A stretch of 64,000 nucleotides of DNA from positions 1-64,000 of the IMG/VR virus record IMGVR_UViG_3300037781_000006; one strand, 5' to 3'. The stretch comes from a virus (lineage: Duplodnaviria; Caudoviricetes). The position numbers were made by a program, and so were the translations under genes. The notes below the pieces were generated by a model. That model ran no database searches. It was not told where the DNA came from and saw only the letters and a list, made by a program, of their open reading frames with translations. Shown piece after piece: positions 17,125-25,890 of this stretch (the first letter of the stretch is position 1; each line of letters begins with the position of its first letter).

Positions 17125-17329
17125 TCTGCACCTCCTTTGCTTCAACGGTTGCGAAGACTGCCAGATTCTTCGATTCCCAGAGGGAGCGAAGTGCAAGGGT
17201 CAGTTCTGCCGACGGGGGCAGCGTCTGGACCAGTTGCATGGCAAGGTCGTGGAACGGTTTCGAGGCTTCCTGAAGATGAGGCGGAAGGTGCTCGTACCGA
17301 AAAAGGCTTTTCACTTTGGTTTCATCCAT
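17117..17329 (-). CDS. Small helical-hairpin protein, Acb2/Tad1-hairpin-like (candidate nucleotide-signal sponge)
   Basis: FRYEHLPPHLQ...SAELTLALRSLWESKNLAV resembles the S-x-E-x-x-LA-x-T/R-K-L-x-E-A hairpin of Tad1/Acb2-like proteins. CDS confident, function inferred. Confidence 0.5.
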   Translation of the reverse strand: MDETKVKSLFRYEHLPPHLQEASKPFHDLAMQLVQTLPPSAELTLALRSLWESKNLAVFATVEAKEVQNV

Positions 17330-17555
17330 TGGAGACCATCTCCCAGTCTTCGGCCAACAGATCAGTCTGGCTTGCGAGCCATGGGACTTGATGTCCGTCA
17401 GCAGTTTTCATGTAGATGTACGGCAGGGTCATCTTGCTGTGTGCATCAGGAACCTGAAGCTCCAGCCACATACCCTTGCCATTCCATCCTTGACGAGCGA
17501 CTCGACCAGAGCCTGTCTTGAGGATCTCCAGTGCTCGTGAGAATGAAAAGGTCAT
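17322..17555 (-). CDS. DUF2829 / Tad2-like protein (Thoeris anti-defence sponge family)
   Basis: FSRALEILKTG..RVARQGWNGKGMWL...PWLASQTDLLAEDW is the DUF2829 signature. Confidence 0.85.
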   Translation of the reverse strand: MTFSFSRALEILKTGSGRVARQGWNGKGMWLELQVPDAHSKMTLPYIYMKTADGHQVPWLASQTDLLAEDWEMVSNG

Positions 17556-18718
17556 GAGGTTTCTCCAAATACTTGAGAGGCTTTCACCGTGAAACGGGAA
17601 GTCTCTCCTTCGAGTTCATCATAGATGACTGCCTGAGCCATCGCTGTCTCTCCGTAGGCTGAACCATAGAGGTCAGGCTCAGACCAGTTGGAGGCTTGTT
17701 CCCAGATCACACCGGGGAACTGCTCGACCTTACGGTGGTGCTTGTCTCCTGTCCAGACAGTGATGTGCTCGACATCAGCGATGTCCTTTCGATACCGCTG
17801 AAGGAATTGCATGACAAGGCGATCAGGCTTGATCTTGTCACCATGGTGTCCGAAGAGGGCCACCTTGCCGAAAATGTGTGCCCAGTAAGCATTGGGATCC
17901 ATCTCGACAGTCACATTGGACTGGTTGAAGTAGCGCCATTTGGCACCTTGCAGCAGACTGAGATAGCTGTCTCCGTCATGGTTTCCTCGCTTGATGACGA
18001 GGCGTACATCGGAGATTTGTGCAGCGATATCAGTGGTATGGATGATTTGTTCACCCGTGGTATCCACGACTTTGAAGTGACGAGAGTCAACGTCGAGGAT
18101 GTGGTCCGATCCGTGAGTGGCAGTCATCGGAACCTGTCCGTTGGCATGGAGAACATCACCGTTGTAGTACAGGATGATCTCTTGGACTTTCTCTTTCTCA
18201 ACGTGATCGAAGAGACGGCAGAGCCAGTCTTCGAGACGTTTCATGGCGATGGGAAGATCCCAGTCTCCGTATCCGGTTTCTGCTCCCCATGCGAGAGCAC
18301 CAGAATGCAAGTCATTGATGGAAATGAAGGCTTTCTTGACCCTGTTGGTCAGTAGAAGTGTGGGGGGTTTGAAGAGTACAGGAGGAGTTCCGATGAAGCG
18401 TTGAGCGATCTCTTCCATTCGCTGTTCTTCGGTCTTGGCCTGTTTGTCTTTCCGTGTGTTGAATTGGAAAGAGTAGGTGCGACCGTGCTTGTCTGGTTTC
18501 TGAGACTTGACCCATCCAAGTCCGGGGTCTCCGTCAAAACCAAGCTCATCCATTCCGTCGATGATTGCTTGGTCTAGTCCTTCTCGGGTTTCGAGTTTGG
18601 CTTCATAGGTCTGAATTGACCTTCGAGCAGTGGATTCATTGACTCCGAAATGAGCAGCCACAGACGAAAAGGATGGCTTGCCATTGGAGATCCAATAGTC
18701 GTGATACTTGTTGGCCAT
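17552..18718 (-). CDS. Calcineurin-like metallophosphoesterase with N-terminal HTH
   Basis: DLHSG, NGD(VLH), RGNHD, HHGD, TGDKHH metal-binding motifs; N-terminal FSSVAAHFGVNESTARR HTH. Confidence 0.8.
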   Translation of the reverse strand: MANKYHDYWISNGKPSFSSVAAHFGVNESTARRSIQTYEAKLETREGLDQAIIDGMDELGFDGDPGLGWVKSQKPDKHGRTYSFQFNTRKDKQAKTEEQRMEEIAQRFIGTPPVLFKPPTLLLTNRVKKAFISINDLHSGALAWGAETGYGDWDLPIAMKRLEDWLCRLFDHVEKEKVQEIILYYNGDVLHANGQVPMTATHGSDHILDVDSRHFKVVDTTGEQIIHTTDIAAQISDVRLVIKRGNHDGDSYLSLLQGAKWRYFNQSNVTVEMDPNAYWAHIFGKVALFGHHGDKIKPDRLVMQFLQRYRKDIADVEHITVWTGDKHHRKVEQFPGVIWEQASNWSEPDLYGSAYGETAMAQAVIYDELEGETSRFTVKASQVFGETS

Positions 18719-18765
18719 AGTGGGGATCCCTTCTTGGTGAGGTCAGGGATCCCCTATCATGCTGT

Positions 18766-19683
18766 CTACCCGTGGTAAACTTCATTTGGAATCAGCTTTC
18801 GATGCTGAATCCAGCCGGTGAGATTGCCATGCAGATGCTGAGAGTGCCATCCTTCCGGGTTTCCGGAAGTCGGACACTTGATCCGTTCATCAGGCTTGGC
18901 TTGATGCTCGAACGGTGAAGCATGGACACGCTCATCGTTCATCAGCAGATCTGCACGCTCCAGTTCAGCAGGGATCGAACCATCACCGTTGAACGGCTTG
19001 TAGGAGATCCGAGCACACCGAGCAGCAGACAGCTTCAGAAGGATGTTCGAGTGGTACTGTGTCATTTCTGCATCAGTGATGTACGGTAGATGCCATTCAC
19101 CGAGAGTCAGATTCTGAACATCAGCACGCTCAATGGCCATGGCCACGAGATTGGCCAGATCCTGAAGGTGAGGTTCTGCTGCATGGTGCTGACGAAGCCA
19201 GAGGAAGTTGTCCCACTGAGTCGCTGTGATCAGCGTGTCGATCCACGAGAAAGGCTCCAGCAGACGATTGGGGTTCTGCTTGTGGTAGCCAGCCTCCATG
19301 AAGGCTTCAGCCGTGTCAGCAGCCACGTCACGAGCGTAGAGCCATGCTTTCTCTCGATTGACGAACTCAGGAATCGTGGCTTCTTGGTTCTTCACGTAGG
19401 CTTCACACTCTTCGTCAGCCTGCATTCCTCGTTGGTTCTTGCCCCAGTGCCACGGCACATAGGGAGTGTTGCGAACCTCGTTCAGCATCGTTTTCACCGG
19501 CACAGCACGGGACGAACGAGCATTTCGACCAAAGACCCGGTGGGTCATGATCTCACCATGAATGGGACGCGGGTATCGCATCCGAATGGTGTAGAGATGT
19601 GGACACCCATTTGCGGCAGAGGCCAAGATGACCTCCACCTGCATCTGAGGTTGTCCGGGATGCGAATACACGACGTTATTCAT
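18766..19683 (-). CDS. thyX: FAD-dependent thymidylate synthase
   Basis: EIMTHRVFGRNARSSRA ThyX motif; SAARCARISY, HASPFEH. Confidence 0.88.
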   Translation of the reverse strand: MNNVVYSHPGQPQMQVEVILASAANGCPHLYTIRMRYPRPIHGEIMTHRVFGRNARSSRAVPVKTMLNEVRNTPYVPWHWGKNQRGMQADEECEAYVKNQEATIPEFVNREKAWLYARDVAADTAEAFMEAGYHKQNPNRLLEPFSWIDTLITATQWDNFLWLRQHHAAEPHLQDLANLVAMAIERADVQNLTLGEWHLPYITDAEMTQYHSNILLKLSAARCARISYKPFNGDGSIPAELERADLLMNDERVHASPFEHQAKPDERIKCPTSGNPEGWHSQHLHGNLTGWIQHRKLIPNEVYHG

Positions 19684-20227
19684 CGGGAAGCCTCCAGTGG
19701 AAACCATGGATCATGGTCAGTTGATGGTGGAATTCATCGACTTTCCTCTCCAGATCGGTGAGGGTTCCATCGTTCTTGATGCAGAAGTTCCAGAAGGAAC
19801 TGTCTTTGGTGATGTCCATGGATCCCGTCTCAGGAGGAAATCCGGGACGTTCAACCCAGACGATGAAGTCGAAGAGATTTGCCTGACGGCAAGCCTCAAG
19901 CTCATCCTGACGACGCATTCCGACGTACATATCCAGCCCACGAGAGAGCATGGTGGCAGCCGTCTTGGTCTTGTCAGGAGTGTTGTAGGCAGAGATCATC
20001 TCCATCCATGTCACTCGATGGTTGTGACGATCTTCGTACATCTCATCGAACGTGTCGTAGCGATCTTTGCCCCACTGCTCCCAGAGGCATTCTTCGGCTA
20101 CGAACTGGGAAGATGACTTGAATCTCAAGCCATAGTTGTCTCGGAGCATTTCTGCTACCGAGTCTTTCCCATGTCGTCCGTAGCCGAGAATGAGGAGCTT
20201 GGGTCTGCGCTCCTCATAATCAGCCAT
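19676..20227 (-). CDS. Deoxynucleoside monophosphate kinase-like protein
   Basis: N-terminal P-loop LILGYGRHGKDSVAE; located among nucleotide-metabolism genes. Confidence 0.72.
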   Translation of the reverse strand: MADYEERRPKLLILGYGRHGKDSVAEMLRDNYGLRFKSSSQFVAEECLWEQWGKDRYDTFDEMYEDRHNHRVTWMEMISAYNTPDKTKTAATMLSRGLDMYVGMRRQDELEACRQANLFDFIVWVERPGFPPETGSMDITKDSSFWNFCIKNDGTLTDLERKVDEFHHQLTMIHGFHWRLPDE

Positions 20228-20678
20228 TGAGAACACCCATCGCCCGCTTCACAGCGTCGAGGTCGCCTTCGACATTGCGTTTGGCAGAGTACATCTGCTG
20301 AAGCATGTTGGCTGTTTCAGCATGATCCATCCGTTCTTCCATGAGAGCGGAGGTCAGTTCACCGATGCGAACCTGCTGTTCCATGGTGGTTTCAGCAGCG
20401 ATCTCCATGACGCCAGCGAGGAATTGCCCCATCTGGTTGGTGAAAGCGATGTGCTGGGTGGCTTTGCGATGTCGCTGCTCCGACTTGGCGAGCAGATCTT
20501 GCAGAGCGATCATGGCACGAGGAATGTCGGTGCCTTCGAAGCCCATCTGGTCGATACGTTTGCCCTGCTTGTGAGCACGAGCAACCATCGTCCGGACTTC
20601 TTTCATCCGACGCTTCTTGAACTCCTTGGTTTCCTCAGTCGGAACCATGGCAGTCACGTTGGTATTGGCTTTGGTCAT
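20220..20678 (-). CDS. Hypothetical coiled-coil protein (152 aa)
   Basis: SD GGAGG; overlaps the kinase start. Confidence 0.7.
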   Translation of the reverse strand: MTKANTNVTAMVPTEETKEFKKRRMKEVRTMVARAHKQGKRIDQMGFEGTDIPRAMIALQDLLAKSEQRHRKATQHIAFTNQMGQFLAGVMEIAAETTMEQQVRIGELTSALMEERMDHAETANMLQQMYSAKRNVEGDLDAVKRAMGVLNG

Positions 20679-20708
20679 GGGATCCTCCTAGAACCAGTTG
20701 TAGCCGAG

Positions 20709-20858
20709 TCATGTGGCCCAGCCGTGAACTACGGCCACAGGGCCGAGAAGTGCTCCAACGATCATGAACACCCATTCCTGTGCTTGGATTGACACAACAA
20801 GATGGGTGATCCAGCCAGCGAAGGCTGCCAGACCGATGAAGGTGAACAGTACACGCAT
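20709..20858 (-). CDS. Small two-TM membrane protein (49 aa; possibly truncated by a TGA, see findings)
   Basis: Manual translation MRVLFTFIGLAAFAGWITHLVVSIQAQEWVFMIVGALLGPVAVVHGWAT*; SD AAGGAG. Confidence 0.6.
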   Translation of the reverse strand: MRVLFTFIGLAAFAGWITHLVVSIQAQEWVFMIVGALLGPVAVVHGWAT

Positions 20859-20876
20859 GATGTTCTCCTTGGTTGA

Positions 20877-21365
20877 TTATTGCAGTTTTGCCTCTTGTGG
20901 CTTGTCTGCTTGGTTCTGGTACTTCCCGTCGTACTGAGCGAGGTCAGTCGTCACATGGAAGACCACTTGAGCGATGCCAACTCCAGCAGGGATCTCAAGG
21001 AGACCCTGACCTTTGAAGGCAAGCTCCAGAGTCAGGAACCCATGCCAACCCGGTTCGATGACCGTGTTGAACACTGAGAGTCCCTGTCTTGCCCACGTAG
21101 ATTTGTCATGGACAATGCCGACAAGATTGGTGGGCATCTGGAACCGTTCGATGGCAGAAGCCAAGCAAAAGGTGCCAGAACTGAGGACATCTTCGACCCA
21201 GACCAAATTTCGGCCTTGGCGATTGTCGAAGATGATCTTCTGCTTGATGCGGATGTCGTATCCAGCTTCGGACATCCCATAGCTGTACCCAGCAAAAGTC
21301 TCTTTTGATGGGCACATATCTGCGATGGGGGAGAGCTTGAGAAGACTGTTTCTGTTGGCGATCAT
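20877..21365 (-). CDS. dcd: dCTP deaminase (N4 gp26-like)
   Basis: GMSEAGYDIR, VHDKSTWARQG, VIEPGWHGFLTLEL, YDGKYQNQ. Confidence 0.9.
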   Translation of the reverse strand: MIANRNSLLKLSPIADMCPSKETFAGYSYGMSEAGYDIRIKQKIIFDNRQGRNLVWVEDVLSSGTFCLASAIERFQMPTNLVGIVHDKSTWARQGLSVFNTVIEPGWHGFLTLELAFKGQGLLEIPAGVGIAQVVFHVTTDLAQYDGKYQNQADKPQEAKLQ

Positions 21366-21817
21366 TTGGCCCTCCAGTTTCTGATGCGGTGGCCAATGAG
21401 TCCCCACCACCATGCTTTGAGCAGACGATGGGGATAGATCACCTTGGTTACGCTTTCGACGTAATAGTCCACGTCGTCGTCAGTGGTCCAACCATCACCA
21501 CGGGTGAAGTGAGCAGTGATTCCTTGGACTTCGTAGGTCATCCCGATGTGGAGCTTGCCCACATCGAGAATGCCTTCGTTGACTGCGTACTCGATGCCCA
21601 GAGTTTCATCGAGACCACCGACACAACCAGAATAGTCATCCCAGTCGATCTCGTAGGGACAGTAGGTGCTGGTCGGATCATATGATACGACATGGAAGGT
21701 CAGATGACCTTCTCCAGCCCAGTAGTCTCGCTCTTCTTCTTCGGTGGGTCGATACAGATCGTCTTCCTCTGCTTCGATGAGGTGTTTGACGAATCCGTCA
21801 CCTGCTGCTTCGGTCAT
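21362..21817 (-). CDS. Hypothetical acidic protein (151 aa; start reassigned to MTEAA)
   Basis: SD GGAG before ATG at 21817; fills the gap between the vWA gene and dcd. Confidence 0.65.
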   Translation of the reverse strand: MTEAAGDGFVKHLIEAEEDDLYRPTEEEERDYWAGEGHLTFHVVSYDPTSTYCPYEIDWDDYSGCVGGLDETLGIEYAVNEGILDVGKLHIGMTYEVQGITAHFTRGDGWTTDDDVDYYVESVTKVIYPHRLLKAWWWGLIGHRIRNWRAK

Positions 21818-21818
21818 G

Positions 21819-23135
21819 TTATTTCTCCGGGATGAGGTAGACCTCACCGTATGTGACTGCATCGAGGTATCCATCGTAGACGTTCTCATCAGGAACGAAC
21901 CAGATGGTCTCCCAGTCAGGTTTGGGGGGAATTGATACACACAGATCGGTGAAGATGACAAGAGCTTCAGGATTGATCTCTGCCACACGCTTGTAAACTG
22001 GGTGCAGAGACGTACCACCACCAGACATCACATGGATGTTGTCGAGAGTCTCATCCTCACGGAAGACTTTCTCGAATTGGATCTGGGTGTCCCACAAGAT
22101 GACAGTCATCAGAGTGGGATTCAGCTTCTCTTTCAGTGTCTTAGCGGAAGCCAAGAACTGACGCTTCTGTGTGCTCGTGATGGAACCAGACACATCCAGT
22201 GCGTAAACCAGATGAGTCAGACGGTTCTTCCGGCCACGCTTCGGGTACTTACCCTTGAGCCGAAGTTCACCTTTCCGTTCACGACGAGAGGGACGCATGA
22301 AGGTACGTTTCCCACCACTCAGAGGATCGGTGAGGTAGTCTTCGAAGATCTCCTCGTAGCTGGCCTTCTTGATCCAGACAGTTTTCCCTTCGGTTCTCAG
22401 GATCTCCTGAGTTCCTCCGGGCTGATCACCAGCCAGCTTGCCATTCTTGACAGCTTCTTGGCGTTCTTGCTCGTTCTCTTGGATCTGCTGCTGAAGGTCT
22501 TTGCCAGTCCCTTCAAGGGCTTGCTTGACCAGATCTTCGATCTGATCGGTGCTGGGAGCACCACTGGAACCATGGGAATTGGGATCCTTCTTCCGTTCTT
22601 TGTGGACGATGGCGTAGATGGCATCGGTCCCCATTCCACGGAAGCGTTCGTCGATCTGCATACCCTTGCCACCGAAGTCAGTGGGAGCACCACCCCTTAG
22701 AGTGGTAACAAACCCATCTTCATCACAGGTCAGGTTGATCACATGATCACCTGCGATGTTGTAGGATTCAGGATCTTTCTCCTTGCCTCGTTCGAGGTGG
22801 TTCAGGATCAGGTGCCAGATCTCATGTGCGATCACGGTCTTCCGTTCTTCATGGGCCAGTTGGTCCCACCACTGAGGGTTGAAGAAGATGAAGCCGTGAC
22901 CAGCACAGGCTGTCGGTATTGCAGAGACCCAGTAGAAGGAGATGTCGAACACGTAACGACTCATGCCTTTGAAGCGTTTGTCTGTGATCAACATCTCCTC
23001 CACATAGCTCCTCAATGTGTCGTCAGCACTGAGAAGATCACCGCCAGAGGCCGTCGAGGTCATCCCCGTCGAGATCTGGGTCATGTCCGGTTGGTTGGAC
23101 GTATTTCCCCCAACCTGATTCGACGTGGTTTCCAT
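21819..23135 (-). CDS. HEXXH metallopeptidase-like + vWA protein (N4 gp25-like)
   Basis: IAHEIWH (HEXXH), YNIAGDHVIN, DVSGS MIDAS motif, SGGGT. Confidence 0.85.
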   Translation of the reverse strand: METTSNQVGGNTSNQPDMTQISTGMTSTASGGDLLSADDTLRSYVEEMLITDKRFKGMSRYVFDISFYWVSAIPTACAGHGFIFFNPQWWDQLAHEERKTVIAHEIWHLILNHLERGKEKDPESYNIAGDHVINLTCDEDGFVTTLRGGAPTDFGGKGMQIDERFRGMGTDAIYAIVHKERKKDPNSHGSSGAPSTDQIEDLVKQALEGTGKDLQQQIQENEQERQEAVKNGKLAGDQPGGTQEILRTEGKTVWIKKASYEEIFEDYLTDPLSGGKRTFMRPSRRERKGELRLKGKYPKRGRKNRLTHLVYALDVSGSITSTQKRQFLASAKTLKEKLNPTLMTVILWDTQIQFEKVFREDETLDNIHVMSGGGTSLHPVYKRVAEINPEALVIFTDLCVSIPPKPDWETIWFVPDENVYDGYLDAVTYGEVYLIPEK

Positions 23136-23197
23136 AGGATTTTCCTTTTCCAGTCAATGGGTTGCCCTTCTTCTTCCAGCGGTCTTTCGACTGCTTG

Positions 23198-24379
23198 TCA
23201 AAAGGGATTACTCCCGGAGGAGTCACCTCCTTTCGGAGCACTCCCGAGAAGAGGGTCGATGTTCAGACGTTCGGAGACATCCTGAACGAGACGTTTGTCG
23301 CTCGGAGTCTCTCCGGTCTTGCTCTTGATCTCACTCAGGAACAGTTCGCTGTACTCGCCACCGACACGGTTGACGTAGATCAGGCAGTTGTCACGGGTCT
23401 GGTTGTCAGACTCCATGAAATACTTGGCCAGATCGGTCATGAGACGTGCCTTTTGCACACCACCACCGGGGATCCGAGTCGATGCAGGACTCTGAGCGAT
23501 CTCCCACGGGTAGGGCAGTTGGATGTTCTCGTCGTACTCTTCCTTGAAGGAACGAGCAGCCATGGTGCCCACAGCAGCGGACATGAGGTTGAAGCACATG
23601 GCACTGATGGGCTGACCAGTCGTGACCATCTGACCAGTCGGAACACCAGCGTTGTCCACGCCTTCTTCTTCCTTCATGGTTTCACGCTCGTGCATGTTGA
23701 CGTGAGCGAACACCTTCTCCCAACCACGAGGGGTCGGATAGGTCTCCAGTTCCTCACGTTCCTTGGCCTTGGTCGGAGCGTAGAGCATCTTCGCGTTCTT
23801 CGTGATGAAGTCCACGACTGCATCATTCCGCTTCGGATGTTGCTTGGCCCAGCGGATCCAGTCCTTGGAAGAGACTTTCATCTCGCAGGGCAGCATCCGG
23901 GTGATCAGGGTGTCAGGCAGTTCCCGAGCGATGGCAGAGTCACTGGCACGGTTGCCAGCAGCCACGACCACACACTTCGGATGGAGCTTCTTGCCACCAA
24001 CCATGCGATCAAGGATGATCGAGTAGGCAGCAGCGAGCACCTCTTCGGTGGCACTGGAGAGTTCGTCGAGGAACAGCAGCCAGCCGGAGTATCCATCAGG
24101 GATGGGATCTCCTTCGAGGGGGAAAGTGTCGAACGGGAGATAGTAGGCTTTGCCACGCTTATCATCACGTTCGGGCAGGCCGGTCATGTCCTCACTGAGC
24201 ATCTGGCTCAGACGAAGGTCGATCATCAGAGCATTGGCATCTTCTGCCACCTGATGAATGACTTGGGACTTCCCGATTGCAGGAGGACCAGCCACATACG
24301 GAACCTGACGACAGGCGAGAGCAGCGGTCACGAATTCGTAGGTCTCCGCTGGAGACAGTTGCATAATTGACGACGACAT
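23198..24379 (-). CDS. MoxR-like AAA+ ATPase (N4 gp24-like)
   Basis: GPPAIGKS Walker A, LLFLDELS Walker B, VVAAGN sensor, TPRGWE. Confidence 0.88.
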   Translation of the reverse strand: MSSSIMQLSPAETYEFVTAALACRQVPYVAGPPAIGKSQVIHQVAEDANALMIDLRLSQMLSEDMTGLPERDDKRGKAYYLPFDTFPLEGDPIPDGYSGWLLFLDELSSATEEVLAAAYSIILDRMVGGKKLHPKCVVVAAGNRASDSAIARELPDTLITRMLPCEMKVSSKDWIRWAKQHPKRNDAVVDFITKNAKMLYAPTKAKEREELETYPTPRGWEKVFAHVNMHERETMKEEEGVDNAGVPTGQMVTTGQPISAMCFNLMSAAVGTMAARSFKEEYDENIQLPYPWEIAQSPASTRIPGGGVQKARLMTDLAKYFMESDNQTRDNCLIYVNRVGGEYSELFLSEIKSKTGETPSDKRLVQDVSERLNIDPLLGSAPKGGDSSGSNPF

Positions 24380-24421
24380 TTGGGTTTCCTCTTGGTTGAA
24401 TACAAAACCAAAGAGAAAGAG

Positions 24422-24622
24422 TCAGGGAAGTGGCTTGATCTTGTATCCGTAGACTTGATCCATATCCTTGGCCATGACAGCCACAGTCATCCGATGGTTG
24501 GGGTTCATAGACGATCCCATGAACATGAGGTCAGGTCTGTCTTCCACCAGTTCAGGTGAGTGAAAAACAGTCCTTGTCTCCTCTTGGAAGTAGTAGTAGG
24601 TCTCTGTCTGCGGCTTGGTCAT
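24422..24622 (-). CDS. Hypothetical protein (66 aa)
   Basis: SD GAGGAG before ATG at 24622. Confidence 0.65.
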   Translation of the reverse strand: MTKPQTETYYYFQEETRTVFHSPELVEDRPDLMFMGSSMNPNHRMTVAVMAKDMDQVYGYKIKPLP

Positions 24623-24644
24623 GACGCTCTCCTCTTGGTTGGTC

Positions 24645-24678
24645 AAAAAAGATTCCCCTCTCCATAGCTGGAGAGGGG
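24645..24678 (-). terminator. Intrinsic terminator after RNAP2
   Basis: CCCCTCTCCA / TGGAGAGGGG 10-bp stem, then AATC and T6. Confidence 0.75.
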
Positions 24679-24693
24679 TTTCTTGTCACTGTA

Positions 24694-25890
24694 TCAGGAC
24701 AGCGTGTAGTTCGCGTTGAGGATGACATCCCGAGGGATAACACCCACTTTGCGTGCCTTGATGTCCTGCTCTGCCACCTGAGATGCGATGAACTTCAGGA
24801 TGGTGCTTTCACACAGGTCAGCAAGGATGGTGTTGTACTGCCGACGCAGATCGTCACCGTAGTTCGGATGGCAGCGGAAGCAGTCATGCACACAGACCAG
24901 TTCGAAACTCTGGTTCGGCAGAGACTGGATGAGCTTGGCAATCACGAGAGGATCGACAAGTCCGATGGTATCTTCGAACAGGTAGTCGAGGATCCTCACA
25001 CTCAGGAAGCCACACTCTTCGTAGTGGCTCCAGAGAGTCTGAACCATGTCAGCAGACTTGCCATCCGTACCATTGGCACCTTCGATGATCAGGTTCGCCA
25101 CTCGTGCAGTCACACGCTGGTCGAACTGACAACGACGGTACATCTCACGGACGATCATGCCATCGACACTGTGGATCAGGTTCGGACCCAGACCCTTGTG
25201 GAACCGAGGACGTTCATTCACCTTCTGAACCACTTGGAACTCTTGATCCAAGAAGTGGAAGGGGATGATCTCCTTGTCGTGCGTCTCGATGCACGCATAG
25301 AAGTTGTCCGGAAGGATCCAGTCGTAGGTCGTACCGTCGATCTCGTCCCACAGTTCCTGAATGCCAAGATTCAGATCCCATGCTCCGGGTGCCAGCATCT
25401 CCATGGTTTCGTAGAACACGTCCACATCTTCACCGAAGACGGCTTTGGGTGTGGCAGTGGAACCATAGAGAGCAGTCATGATCGACTGCTTCACATCCTT
25501 CCGGTCGATGTTCAGACCAGTGTGCATGTGCTGGAAGATCTCTGCATAGGCGTCGAGGATGTTCTCGTCACCACCGCACAGCTTCCAGCTTGTCGGGCAG
25601 GAAACCAGCAGAGACAGCAGTTGCAGTCCCGACGATGCAGCGTCGAGGCTGATCATGTAGCCACTGGGTCGTCCCATCATGGCATCTTCCATGGCCAGAT
25701 AGGCTGCACGCAGTCCCACAGGGTTGGATGCTTCCTTGAAGGTCTGCTTGTCTTGGAAGTCGATTTCCGCGAAATGTGCGAGCCGTTCGTCCCAGCCTTT
25801 CTTCTCATAGGCTTTGTCGTGTTTGCACGCGATGTCAGCCATGAGGTATTCCTTGCCGGTCAGCGAGCGAAACTCTTGGACCTTCAGCAT
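24694..25890 (-). CDS. N4-type RNA polymerase II subunit 2 (gp16-like)
   Basis: Motif A ISLDAASSGLQ, motif B RKDVKQSIMTALYGS, IHSVDG, motif C VHDCF; SD GAAGGAG. Confidence 0.92.
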   Translation of the reverse strand: MLKVQEFRSLTGKEYLMADIACKHDKAYEKKGWDERLAHFAEIDFQDKQTFKEASNPVGLRAAYLAMEDAMMGRPSGYMISLDAASSGLQLLSLLVSCPTSWKLCGGDENILDAYAEIFQHMHTGLNIDRKDVKQSIMTALYGSTATPKAVFGEDVDVFYETMEMLAPGAWDLNLGIQELWDEIDGTTYDWILPDNFYACIETHDKEIIPFHFLDQEFQVVQKVNERPRFHKGLGPNLIHSVDGMIVREMYRRCQFDQRVTARVANLIIEGANGTDGKSADMVQTLWSHYEECGFLSVRILDYLFEDTIGLVDPLVIAKLIQSLPNQSFELVCVHDCFRCHPNYGDDLRRQYNTILADLCESTILKFIASQVAEQDIKARKVGVIPRDVILNANYTLS

